DNA of 20,000 nucleotides from an uncultured virus (IMG/VR IMGVR_UViG_3300019373_000270) (Duplodnaviria; Heunggongvirae; Uroviricota; Caudoviricetes). Both the position numbers and the translations under genes were made by a program. Below, in pieces: positions 8,442 to 16,166 of this stretch. Below the pieces are notes generated by a model. The model was not told the DNA's origin, did no database searches, and saw only the letters and a list, made by a program, of their open reading frames with translations. Position 1 is the first letter of the stretch, and every line of letters begins with the position of its first letter. The stretch is taken from the IMG/VR virus record IMGVR_UViG_3300019373_000270; one strand, 5' to 3'.

Positions 8442-9935
8442 ATGAACAAGGTATATGTAGCGATAGACCTCAAATCCTTCTATGCATCATGCGAGTGCGT
8501 AGAGCTTGGGCTTGATCCGCTGAACACAAATCTTGTGGTAGCAGATCAGAGCCGCACCGAAAAGACGATATGCCTTGCCGTTTCGCCGTCACTGAAAAGC
8601 TACGGAATTTCGGGCAGAGCAAGGCTGTTTGAGGTCGTGCAGCGTGTGAAAGAAGTCAATGAACAGCGGCAACGGAAAGCTCCCAACAGACAGCTCACGG
8701 ACAAGAGCTTCATCTACTCGGAGCTTATTTCAAATCCGTCCCTCGCCGTTGACTATGTGGTAGCGACTCCGCAGATGGCGCACTATATGAAAGTGAGCGC
8801 CGATATTTACGGCATTTATCTGAAATACGTTGCTCCAGAAGATATTTTCGCATACTCGGTGGACGAGGTTTTCATTGATGCAACTGGCTATCTCAGCACC
8901 TACCATACGGACGGTCACGGTTTTGCTCGTATGCTGATACAAGATGTGCTTGACACAACGGGTATCACGGCTACGGCAGGAGTCGGCACGAATATGTTTC
9001 TGTGCAAGGTCGCTATGGATATTGTGGCGAAACATATTCCGGCGGATAAGGACGGTGTGCGTATCGCAGAGCTTGACGAGCAGACTTTCAAGGATAAATG
9101 GTGGTCGCACACGCCGATCACGGACTTCTGGAGAGTAGGTGCAGGAACGGCAAAGCGCCTTGAAACGCTCCATATCTATACTATGGGCGATATTGCGAGA
9201 TATTCCCTTGACCGCTATCATATCGGCAAACTGTATAAGCTCCTAGGTAAAAATGCAGAGCTGCTAATAGATCATGCGTGGGGCATTGAACCGACTACCA
9301 TAGCCGATGTGAAAGCCTACAAGCCGTCAAACAACAGTATTACATCGGGACAAGTCCTGCAAGAGCCTTGCGACTATGACCGAACACGACTGATCGTGTG
9401 GGAAATGGCGGATATGCTCTCCCTTGACTTGGTGGATAAAGGGCTTGTGACAAATCAGATCGTACTGACTATTGGCTATGACCGTGAGAGCCTTGCGGAC
9501 GGTCACTATCGGGGCGAAGTGGTTTCCGACCGCTACGGCAGACAAGTTCCGAAACACGCCCACGGTACACAGAACCTCGATAAGCACACATCGTCCACAA
9601 GGAAAATGGTCGAAGCGACAATGACGCTTTTTGACCGTATATTCGATAAAACTCTGCTTGCAAGGCGAATAAACCTTGTTGCCTGCAATGTCATCAAGGA
9701 AAGCGATGTGCCTGAGAGCGAGAGCTACGAACAGCTTTCCCTGTTCGATACGGAAGAAACAATACAAGACCGTGTGGACGATGAGAAGGCGCTTGAAAAA
9801 GAAAGAGCATTGCAGGAAGCGATTCTCACGATCAAGCATAAATTCGGAAAGAATGCCGTTCTGAAAGGTACGAATTTTACGGAAGGTGCTACGGCGAAGG
9901 AGCGTAACCGGCAAATTGGCGGGCATAAGGCTTGA
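8442..9935 (+). CDS. Y-family translesion DNA polymerase (ImpB/MucB/SamB, UmuC/UvrX-like)
   Basis: YVAIDLKSFYASCE, YSVDEVFID, GITATAGVGTN, DFWRVGAG; clamp-binding QLSLF; C-terminal KFGKNAVLKG...QIGGHKA. Confidence 0.93.
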   Translation: MNKVYVAIDLKSFYASCECVELGLDPLNTNLVVADQSRTEKTICLAVSPSLKSYGISGRARLFEVVQRVKEVNEQRQRKAPNRQLTDKSFIYSELISNPSLAVDYVVATPQMAHYMKVSADIYGIYLKYVAPEDIFAYSVDEVFIDATGYLSTYHTDGHGFARMLIQDVLDTTGITATAGVGTNMFLCKVAMDIVAKHIPADKDGVRIAELDEQTFKDKWWSHTPITDFWRVGAGTAKRLETLHIYTMGDIARYSLDRYHIGKLYKLLGKNAELLIDHAWGIEPTTIADVKAYKPSNNSITSGQVLQEPCDYDRTRLIVWEMADMLSLDLVDKGLVTNQIVLTIGYDRESLADGHYRGEVVSDRYGRQVPKHAHGTQNLDKHTSSTRKMVEATMTLFDRIFDKTLLARRINLVACNVIKESDVPESESYEQLSLFDTEETIQDRVDDEKALEKERALQEAILTIKHKFGKNAVLKGTNFTEGATAKERNRQIGGHKA

Positions 9936-9943
9936 GGTGGTAT

Positions 9944-10345
9944 ATGAAAAGAATAATTGGAAATGTTGGATGTTTTCGCCTTCCTGATGGAAGATACGGC
10001 TTTGGAAGAATATACACTGATGCGTGTGTAGCATTTTATAAGCATATAGGCACTTCTGAAACAGATTTACCCCAAAATGAGGATTATGCTTTCATAGTTG
10101 GTTTATACAATAGCGGTATAACCCAAATGAAACTTGTAGAAAAACGACCATTCCATTCACTTGAAGAATCTATACCGCCTTCTACTAAGGTACATGATCC
10201 GATTTCCGGCAAGTATAGTATCTATAAAAACGGTGAATTATTTCCGTCATCTTATGAAGAATGTAAAGAGCTTGAAACTTGTGCAGTATGGGAATTGAAC
10301 CATGTAATCGACAGACTTATGGGTGATGATAAATGGAATATTTGA
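9944..10345 (+). CDS. Imm26-like immunity protein
   Basis: GNVGCFRLPDGRYGFGRI matches the Imm26 G.hF.h.L.DG.YGFGRh N-terminus. RBS gaggt overlaps the polymerase stop codon. Visibly more AT-rich than its neighbours. Confidence 0.65.
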   Translation: MKRIIGNVGCFRLPDGRYGFGRIYTDACVAFYKHIGTSETDLPQNEDYAFIVGLYNSGITQMKLVEKRPFHSLEESIPPSTKVHDPISGKYSIYKNGELFPSSYEECKELETCAVWELNHVIDRLMGDDKWNI

Positions 10346-10366
10346 AAAAATAAGGAATGATTGGAT

Positions 10367-10780
10367 ATGCCCAATAATTACGATGATATAAAACACCTCA
10401 CTCGTCCGCAGTATGACGATCTGCACCCTATGTCAATGCACGACAGGGCGGCACAGTTCTCACCCTTTGCGGCACTTGTGGGCTATGACGATGCCGTTGC
10501 CGAGACTGCAAGGCTGACCGACAGCAAGGTAGAGCTGACAGAGGACGAAATGTCTGAGCTAAACGCTAATCTGAATCGCCTGCTTGACAGCTTGGACGAA
10601 CAACCGCAGATCAGCGTAACTTACTTCGTTCCCGATGAAAAGAAGTCGGGCGGTAAGTATGTGGAAAAGCAAGGTGTGGTGCGGATATTTGATAGCTATT
10701 CACAGGAGCTTATCTTCAAAGACAGGTTCAGGATAAACATTCAGGATATAATCAAGATAGAGTTCAAAGGGGAGTGCTGA
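10367..10780 (+). CDS. YolD-like protein (UmuD-analogue partner of Firmicute Y-family polymerases)
   Basis: YDDI..L.RP....HPMS..DRAAQFSPFAALVGY signature; ITYF.PD.KK.GG.Y-like motif. Confidence 0.85.
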   Translation: MPNNYDDIKHLTRPQYDDLHPMSMHDRAAQFSPFAALVGYDDAVAETARLTDSKVELTEDEMSELNANLNRLLDSLDEQPQISVTYFVPDEKKSGGKYVEKQGVVRIFDSYSQELIFKDRFRINIQDIIKIEFKGEC

Positions 10781-10782
10781 CC

Positions 10783-11233
10783 GAGTCTATCCAAAAATTT
10801 GTGTAAACCTCCAAAGTAGTGTGTAATAGAAGAGCCACTACTTTGGAGGTTTTAATAACGACCGAATTCGGAAAACAGCTCAGAATGAACCGAAGCATAC
10901 AGGCTGAAGGCGTATTCGGAGTGCTGAAACAGGACTATGGCTTCAGAAGATTCCTGTGCAGGGGCAAAAATAACATCATAACTGAGTTCCTTTTGCTGGG
11001 ACTTGCATACAACATAAAGAAGCTTTTTGCTAAGGTTTCCGGAAACCGACTTGGAATTTCTCTTTTTGAACTGAAAATGGCATAAAAATAAACAGAACAT
11101 AACACCCCTGAGTCCTCTTTTTTGAAGAGGGCTTGGGGGTGTGCGCTCTGAAACAGCTTATTTCACCAGTTAATATATTTTTTTACTCTGATGTTCGGAT
11201 ATGGTTAGAGGCTGCTGCGGTTGCAACAGCCTC
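10783..11233 (+). mobile_element. Chimeric IS relic: IS256-family-like left end joined to the 3' end of an IS1182-family transposase and its right end
   Basis: gagtctatccaaaaatttgtgtaa resembles IS256-family IRL. 17-bp hairpin 10805-10852 masks ggagg. RMNRSIQAEGVFGVLKQDYGFRRF..RGK...EFLLL.LAYNIKKL is an IS1182 DDE C-terminus (to 11085). Ends ttgcaacagcctc. Confidence 0.7.
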
Positions 11234-11333
11234 TTTTATTTTTCTATCGTTTTCCCATATAATTATAGTAAATATTATTTTTCTGTAAAAAAGTATCATT
11301 AAACACACCATAACATGAATAGGGGATATAATT

Positions 11334-12158
11334 ATGAAAACGATAGATCATCTTGGAAATGAATATAACAGTGTAAACGAAATGTGTCAGAAATACAATA
11401 TCAACAAAAACACATACATCCGAAGGATCTCAATGGGAATGGACAAAGAAGCCGCACTTACATTACCGGTAAAACCGTCACAAAAAACAGTTTTCGATCA
11501 TTTAAATAATGAATATCGTTCTGTTAGTGAAATGTGCAGAAAATATGGCATTCCGAGGCAGAGTTATGAACAGAGAAAAAATAAGGGATGGAATATAGAA
11601 AAGATTTTGACTACTCCTGTAAAAACAAAAACCGCACCATGTTCAGATCATCTCGGCAACCACTATGACAGCATAAAAGAAATGTGCGAACATTACAATA
11701 TTACTTACAAAACATATATTAACAGGATAACTAACGGATGGACTCTCGAAGAAACACTGACTATTTCTTCAAGGGAAAATCTGCTGAAGCCTAAGATATT
11801 TCAGTATAAGAATATTGATCTCAGTAAGATAAAGCTCCAAAATGGTTATAAAATAATTATTCACAACAAAAAACACTGTATAGATCATGAAGGAAACATT
11901 TTTAAGAGCGTTAAAAGTATGTGCGAGTATCACGATGTAAGCACATCATTGTTCTTGTCGAGGTTAAAGAAAGGAATGTCAGTAAAAGAAGCGTTGTATA
12001 AAAAGAAAGTAAAAGACCATCTTGGCAATGAATTTGAAAGCAAGAGTAAAATGTACTCTCATTATGGCTTGAGCCGACAGACAGCTGAAGCCAGACTGAA
12101 AAACGGCTGGAGTCTTGAAAAAACCTTAACTTATAAGACCGGAAAAGGGAAGCGATGA
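11334..12158 (+). CDS. Basic protein with five approximately 42-aa DHxGNx[YF]xSxxxMCxxY...R...G[WM]xxExxLT repeats (putative tandem HTH/NUMOD-like DNA-binding modules)
   Basis: Five repeats visible in the translation; similar to the DNA-binding tails of phage HNH endonucleases; no nuclease motif seen. Confidence 0.7.
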   Translation: MKTIDHLGNEYNSVNEMCQKYNINKNTYIRRISMGMDKEAALTLPVKPSQKTVFDHLNNEYRSVSEMCRKYGIPRQSYEQRKNKGWNIEKILTTPVKTKTAPCSDHLGNHYDSIKEMCEHYNITYKTYINRITNGWTLEETLTISSRENLLKPKIFQYKNIDLSKIKLQNGYKIIIHNKKHCIDHEGNIFKSVKSMCEYHDVSTSLFLSRLKKGMSVKEALYKKKVKDHLGNEFESKSKMYSHYGLSRQTAEARLKNGWSLEKTLTYKTGKGKR

Positions 12159-12167
12159 CGGTTTTTC

Positions 12168-12240
12168 TTTTATGAAGATAAATTTTCAGTTATAATACTG
12201 TCAGAGATTTTTATTAATAACCTGGAGGTCAGCTGGTTAT
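12168..12240 (+). promoter_or_regulatory. Promoter plus conserved leader module, copy 1
   Basis: ttttat-N7-aattttcagt-TATAAT-actgtcagagatttttattaataacctggaggtcagctggttat; close paralogue at 16030-16103. Confidence 0.65.
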
Positions 12241-12299
12241 CGATCAATATCTTCTATTTTACTTATATGTAAAACGAAAATCAATAAAGGAGCTTAAAT

Positions 12300-13469
12300 A
12301 TGACAAGATATATAAATGATGATTTGATCAACGACAAAAGTAACGAAAACCGAAGGCTTGCGGCATTGCAAAGCTATGGGTTGGATATTTTGGTAAATGA
12401 TGAAGCAGCAATTGTTCGCAGAGCTGCGCTAGACACATTATTCAGGACAATATCAAGTCTTCAGAAACTCTTGAAAGAATGTCCTGAAAGGAGCTTTCAG
12501 ACTACCATGACACAGCATGAACTGGAAGAACGAAACGCTTTTACATGGAGTGATCTTGGCATGGAACGTTTGACTGCCAAAAGACTTGTCAGTGAGGGTC
12601 TTATTGTAAGAGGGGCAACATATCCGTTTCTTCCGGACGAAAATTTCTATTGCTGGATAGCAGACGGAAAGACAAAAGAAATTATTCAAATGTTAAAAGA
12701 ATTACAAAGTATCGATGTGAGTAAATTCGTTTATGATGAAGATGAATCCGTTCGTGCTATTGTCGCAAAACAAGGCTATGGAGCAGATGTTTTGGTCCAC
12801 GATGAATGGTGGGTGATTCGTTATTATCTCGCATGTAAAGGTTGTCGTTTAGATATTTTGGTTAATGATGAGGAACCGGATGTTCGTAAAGCTGTAGCAT
12901 GGCAAAAATACGGCTTGGATATTTTGGTCAATGATGAAGATCCGGAGGTTCGCATCGCTGTTGCTATGCAAAATTACGGCTTAGATATTTTGGTTAATGA
13001 TAAAGATCCAAAAGTTCGCAAAGCCGTTGCCAGACAAGGTTATGGTTTGGATGTTTTGATTAGTGATGAGAATCCAGAGGTTCGTGAAGCAGTAGCTAAA
13101 CAAGATTATGGCTTGGATGTTTTGATTAATGATAAAAACACATATGTTCGTATCGCTGTTATTGACCAGGGGTACAACTTAAGCGTTCTGATCAACGATG
13201 AAAATGAAAAGGTTCAAGGTTATGCTAAGTGGTTCACAAGAAAAATAGTTAAAGGTCTTCAGAAACTTTTGTCAGATGGTCCGGAAGGCAGCAGTTATCA
13301 TAATGCTTTGAATTATTTTGATTTATGTCCTTGTACAAATGTTTTCGATAAACTCATCAAAGATGGACTCGTTATAAAAGAAGAGAGTAGTAAGATTAGA
13401 TGCTGGATAGCAGACGGAAAGACAAAAGAAATAACTCAAATGTTGAAGGACTTAAAAAGTATAATTTGA
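12300..13469 (+). CDS. HEAT/LRV-like 22-aa repeat protein with two related non-repeat (possibly winged-helix) domains
   Basis: About 8 tandem YGLDILVNDEDPEVRKAVAxQx units plus N-terminal copies. CWIADGKTKEI occurs twice (32-bp identity at 12651-12682 and 13401-13432). Confidence 0.8.
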   Translation: MTRYINDDLINDKSNENRRLAALQSYGLDILVNDEAAIVRRAALDTLFRTISSLQKLLKECPERSFQTTMTQHELEERNAFTWSDLGMERLTAKRLVSEGLIVRGATYPFLPDENFYCWIADGKTKEIIQMLKELQSIDVSKFVYDEDESVRAIVAKQGYGADVLVHDEWWVIRYYLACKGCRLDILVNDEEPDVRKAVAWQKYGLDILVNDEDPEVRIAVAMQNYGLDILVNDKDPKVRKAVARQGYGLDVLISDENPEVREAVAKQDYGLDVLINDKNTYVRIAVIDQGYNLSVLINDENEKVQGYAKWFTRKIVKGLQKLLSDGPEGSSYHNALNYFDLCPCTNVFDKLIKDGLVIKEESSKIRCWIADGKTKEITQMLKDLKSII

Positions 13470-13480
13470 TCAATAACTTC

Positions 13481-13511
13481 AAACGTCTCACCTTTGTGTG
13501 AGACGTTTTTT
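13481..13511 (+). terminator. Intrinsic terminator
   Basis: aaacgtctcac-ctttgt-gtgagacgttt plus T-run. Confidence 0.85.
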
Positions 13512-13712
13512 GATGAGATATAAAAACTCAGATCTTGAAGACGAATCCTATACAAGTTTTTTCGGACTTAGTTTAACTAAGTTCGGCTTTTTTATATGAC
13601 TAAAAAACTCTTATAAAATTTTGTATCATAATATATTTTATTTTTTCAAAGAAATCATCTATAATATTAACAGGGAAGTGCCGAAACTTCCCCACAATGA
13701 GTGAAAATAATA

Positions 13713-13742
13713 ATGGCACAAAATGAACCTTTTGTGCCATGT
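13713..13742. repeat. Inverted pair of the ATGGCACAAAA motif just upstream of the xer RBS
   Basis: atggcacaaaa-tgaacc-ttttgtgccat(gt): 11-6-11 geometry. Confidence 0.85.
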
Positions 13743-13759
13743 AGAGGAGTGACCTTATC

Positions 13760-14740
13760 GTGAAAGAGCGCTACAAGGAAGACTGTCCCTATTATCTCGA
13801 AGATTTTCTTGTAAATTTGAGTATAATAAAAAACAGAGGTGATCTTACTACAGATGAATACTATCTGGACATAAGAACATTTTTGAGATACATAAAGATA
13901 AAAAATAAGATCGTACCTAGTGAAACTAAGTTTGAGAATATTACGGTCAAAGATACTCCGATAGAACTTATAGAAAACTTCACTGAAAAAGATGCTTATC
14001 AGTATATGGTCTGGCTTAAAGATGAAAGACAGAACGGAGTTGCTGCAAGAGCCAGAAAAACAACTTCCCTGAAACAGTTCTATGAATACCTGGCTAATAA
14101 ATCTCACCTCATTCCTAAAGATAATATATCTTCACTTGAAGTTCCTAACGTAAAAAGAGCCTTGCCTAAATACCTTACACTTGATGAAGTTCAGACACTG
14201 CTTTCCTCTATCCGTACCAAAAACACCGAAAGAGATTACTGTATAATTACTTTATTCCTGAATTGCGGAATGAGACTCTCTGAATTATGCGGGATAAATA
14301 TAAATGATATAAGTTTTGAAAACAAGACCCTCAGACTGCTCGGTAAAGGCAGAAAAGAAAGGATCATCTACCTGAATGATAACTGTATAAAGGCTATCGA
14401 ACAGTATCTTCCATACAGAAAAAACTATGAGATGGCACAAAATAAAAAAGCATTGTTCTTATCTTCCAGAAAGAACAGGATCTCAAGACGACGGGTACAA
14501 AAAATCATCGAAGAATGTATTTTTGCAGCAGGTCTGAAAAATACAGGTGTAACTACTCACAAACTCAGACATACAGCTGCTACCCTTATGTATAATAATA
14601 ACGGCGGAGATATTCTGGCCGTAAAAGAGATCCTTGGACACGAAAGCACTTCAACAACAGAAATATACACACATCTCGGATCGGATAAAATGAAAAATAC
14701 CATGAACGTTATGGAAGATCTTTTAAAGAAAAAAGATTGA
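13760..14740 (+). CDS. XerC-like tyrosine recombinase (clostridial type)
   Basis: GMRLSEL (R), GKGRKER (K), HKLRHTAAT (HxxR), LGHES..TTEIYTH (H, Y). 326 aa with a SAM-like N domain and no arm-binding extension. RBS gaggag before GTG. Confidence 0.9.
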   Translation: MKERYKEDCPYYLEDFLVNLSIIKNRGDLTTDEYYLDIRTFLRYIKIKNKIVPSETKFENITVKDTPIELIENFTEKDAYQYMVWLKDERQNGVAARARKTTSLKQFYEYLANKSHLIPKDNISSLEVPNVKRALPKYLTLDEVQTLLSSIRTKNTERDYCIITLFLNCGMRLSELCGININDISFENKTLRLLGKGRKERIIYLNDNCIKAIEQYLPYRKNYEMAQNKKALFLSSRKNRISRRRVQKIIEECIFAAGLKNTGVTTHKLRHTAATLMYNNNGGDILAVKEILGHESTSTTEIYTHLGSDKMKNTMNVMEDLLKKKD

Positions 14741-14781
14741 CCACTTCCCTGACGGAAAGGTTCTCTTCTAAAAGAATATAT

Positions 14782-14818
14782 AACATGGCACAAAATATTT
14801 CACAACATGGCACAAAAT
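14782..14818 (+). repeat. Direct tandem pair AACATGGCACAAAAT with a 22-bp period
   Basis: Copies at 14782-14796 and 14804-14818. Confidence 0.9.
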
Positions 14819-14854
14819 GAAAATTTCCTGAATGATTTATCTTTTTAAAAAATA

Positions 14855-14912
14855 TTGACAAATTTATTTTTTTATGATACAATATAACTGCAAATTTTTT
14901 ATTGTATCATAA
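14855..14912 (+). promoter_or_regulatory. sigma-A promoter of the DUF262 gene with an overlapping 13-bp inverted repeat (operator candidate)
   Basis: TTGACA 14855-14860, 17-bp spacer, TGa-TACAAT 14878-14883. IR ttatgatacaata (14872-14884) / tattgtatcataa (14900-14912). Confidence 0.75.
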
Positions 14913-14923
14913 GGAGAATCGCT

Positions 14924-15967
14924 ATGAGCTTAAATAGATCAACCATAAACTGGAATTCAAGACAGATATACAATATGGTCCGTACAGGAGTTATTGACTT
15001 TTCTGCTGTTGTTCAGAGATCTTTTGTATGGGAGAAAAAAAGAAGATCTGCACTGATCGAAAGTATTATTATAGGCTACCCTGTTCCTGCTGTATTTGCT
15101 AAACGCCAGAAAGAAAATGATCCGGAATCAAATGCCAGTGTGTATTTTATAATGGACGGAAAACAAAGATTGTCCACTATTTCAAGCTATCTTGAGGATG
15201 AGTTCACTTTAAGTGACCTCCCTCCTGTTCATTATCATAACGTTGAAACGAATACTGAAGAAGAATTCGATATTTCGGGGAAAAAGTTTTCCGAACTTCC
15301 CGATTCGATAAAGGATATAATCAATACTTTTACTATAAATGTCGAGTATTTTGATGATCTGACCGATGAAGAAGAGAAAGAATTGTTCAAGCGCTTGAAT
15401 GCCGGCAAACCCCTGAGCGCTAAAAACAGGACTATTGCGAGCTGTAAAGATATATACAGACTCATCGAGGTCGGAGAGCATGAACTTTTCAAAGAAATGC
15501 TCACTGAAAGAGCAAGGGGCAACAAGAGTCAGGTGGCTATCGTTGTTAAATTCTGGTGCATGCTCAACAGAAACATAAGTGAGGTATCTTTTGAAAGCAG
15601 GATACTTAATCCTCTGGTCGAAAATACTGAGATCTCGGAAGAAGAAAAGAACGAGATCGTTCGTGTCCTGGATTATGCACACGAAGTACATGAAAAGCTG
15701 CTGGAAAGAAAGCTGAAAAAAGTCGCAAAAAAATTCTATAAAGAGACGCATTTGGTATCACTTGTTCCCTATCTGAATGCGGGAATAAATAGTGGTATAG
15801 ATGTAGAAAAATTTGCAGACTGGGTAGAAGAAGTTTTTGATTCGGAAAACGGGGTAACTACTCTTCCTGCATACAATGATGCCACGCTCAGCGGCGTAGC
15901 GAAGAATTCAAAGATAATCGAGAGAGATAATGCTTTGAGTATAAGCTATAACGAATTTTTTGCATAA
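14924..15967 (+). CDS. Stand-alone DUF262 (ParB/Srx-like, GmrSD N-terminal) domain protein
   Basis: QRSFVW, LIESIIIGYPVP, MDGKQRLSTI and LFKRLNAGKPLS motifs. No C-terminal HNH (DUF1524) motif recognised. Confidence 0.88.
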   Translation: MSLNRSTINWNSRQIYNMVRTGVIDFSAVVQRSFVWEKKRRSALIESIIIGYPVPAVFAKRQKENDPESNASVYFIMDGKQRLSTISSYLEDEFTLSDLPPVHYHNVETNTEEEFDISGKKFSELPDSIKDIINTFTINVEYFDDLTDEEEKELFKRLNAGKPLSAKNRTIASCKDIYRLIEVGEHELFKEMLTERARGNKSQVAIVVKFWCMLNRNISEVSFESRILNPLVENTEISEEEKNEIVRVLDYAHEVHEKLLERKLKKVAKKFYKETHLVSLVPYLNAGINSGIDVEKFADWVEEVFDSENGVTTLPAYNDATLSGVAKNSKIIERDNALSISYNEFFA

Positions 15968-15973
15968 TTTATA

Positions 15974-16016
15974 ATACTTTTACTCTGAGGTACATTTTGT
16001 ATCTCAGAGTTTTTTT
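15974..16016 (+). terminator. Terminator within a 43-bp direct repeat, copy 1
   Basis: atacttttactctgaggtacattttgtatctcagagttttttt; identical at 18361-18403. Confidence 0.9.
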
Positions 16017-16029
16017 GTCCGGTTTGGAT

Positions 16030-16103
16030 TTTTATTATCCTGAATTTTTATATATAATATTTTCAGAAATGCTTATTGATAACCTGGAGGTCAGATTGGT
16101 TAT
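16030..16103 (+). promoter_or_regulatory. Promoter plus conserved leader module, copy 2
   Basis: ttttat-N7-aatttttata-TATAAT-attttcagaaatgcttattgataacctggaggtcagattggttat. Confidence 0.65.
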
Positions 16104-16166
16104 TTTTAGCTTTTTCAAAGAAAATTAATGATTTGTACAAAAGAATAATTGAAGGAGTGTAAATAT

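Noticed and set aside
12651..13432. Duplicated segment as a DGR template/variable repeat pair
   Set aside because: No reverse transcriptase in the window, both copies are coding and in frame, and the differences are not confined to adenines.
13621..13648. dif-like site ttgtatcataa-tatatt-ttattttttca
   Set aside because: Only the inner CATAA-N6-TTAT matches; the XerD arm (TTATGTTAAAT-like) is poor and the region is extremely AT-rich.
13760..14740. Integron integrase or prophage integrase targeting the tRNA
   Set aside because: No IntI-specific insertion, no arm-binding N-terminus, no attC-like array, and no duplicate of the tRNA 3' end seen in the window.
14782..14818. Direct repeats as a mini CRISPR array
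   Set aside because: Only two 15-bp repeats with a 7-bp gap, and no cas genes.
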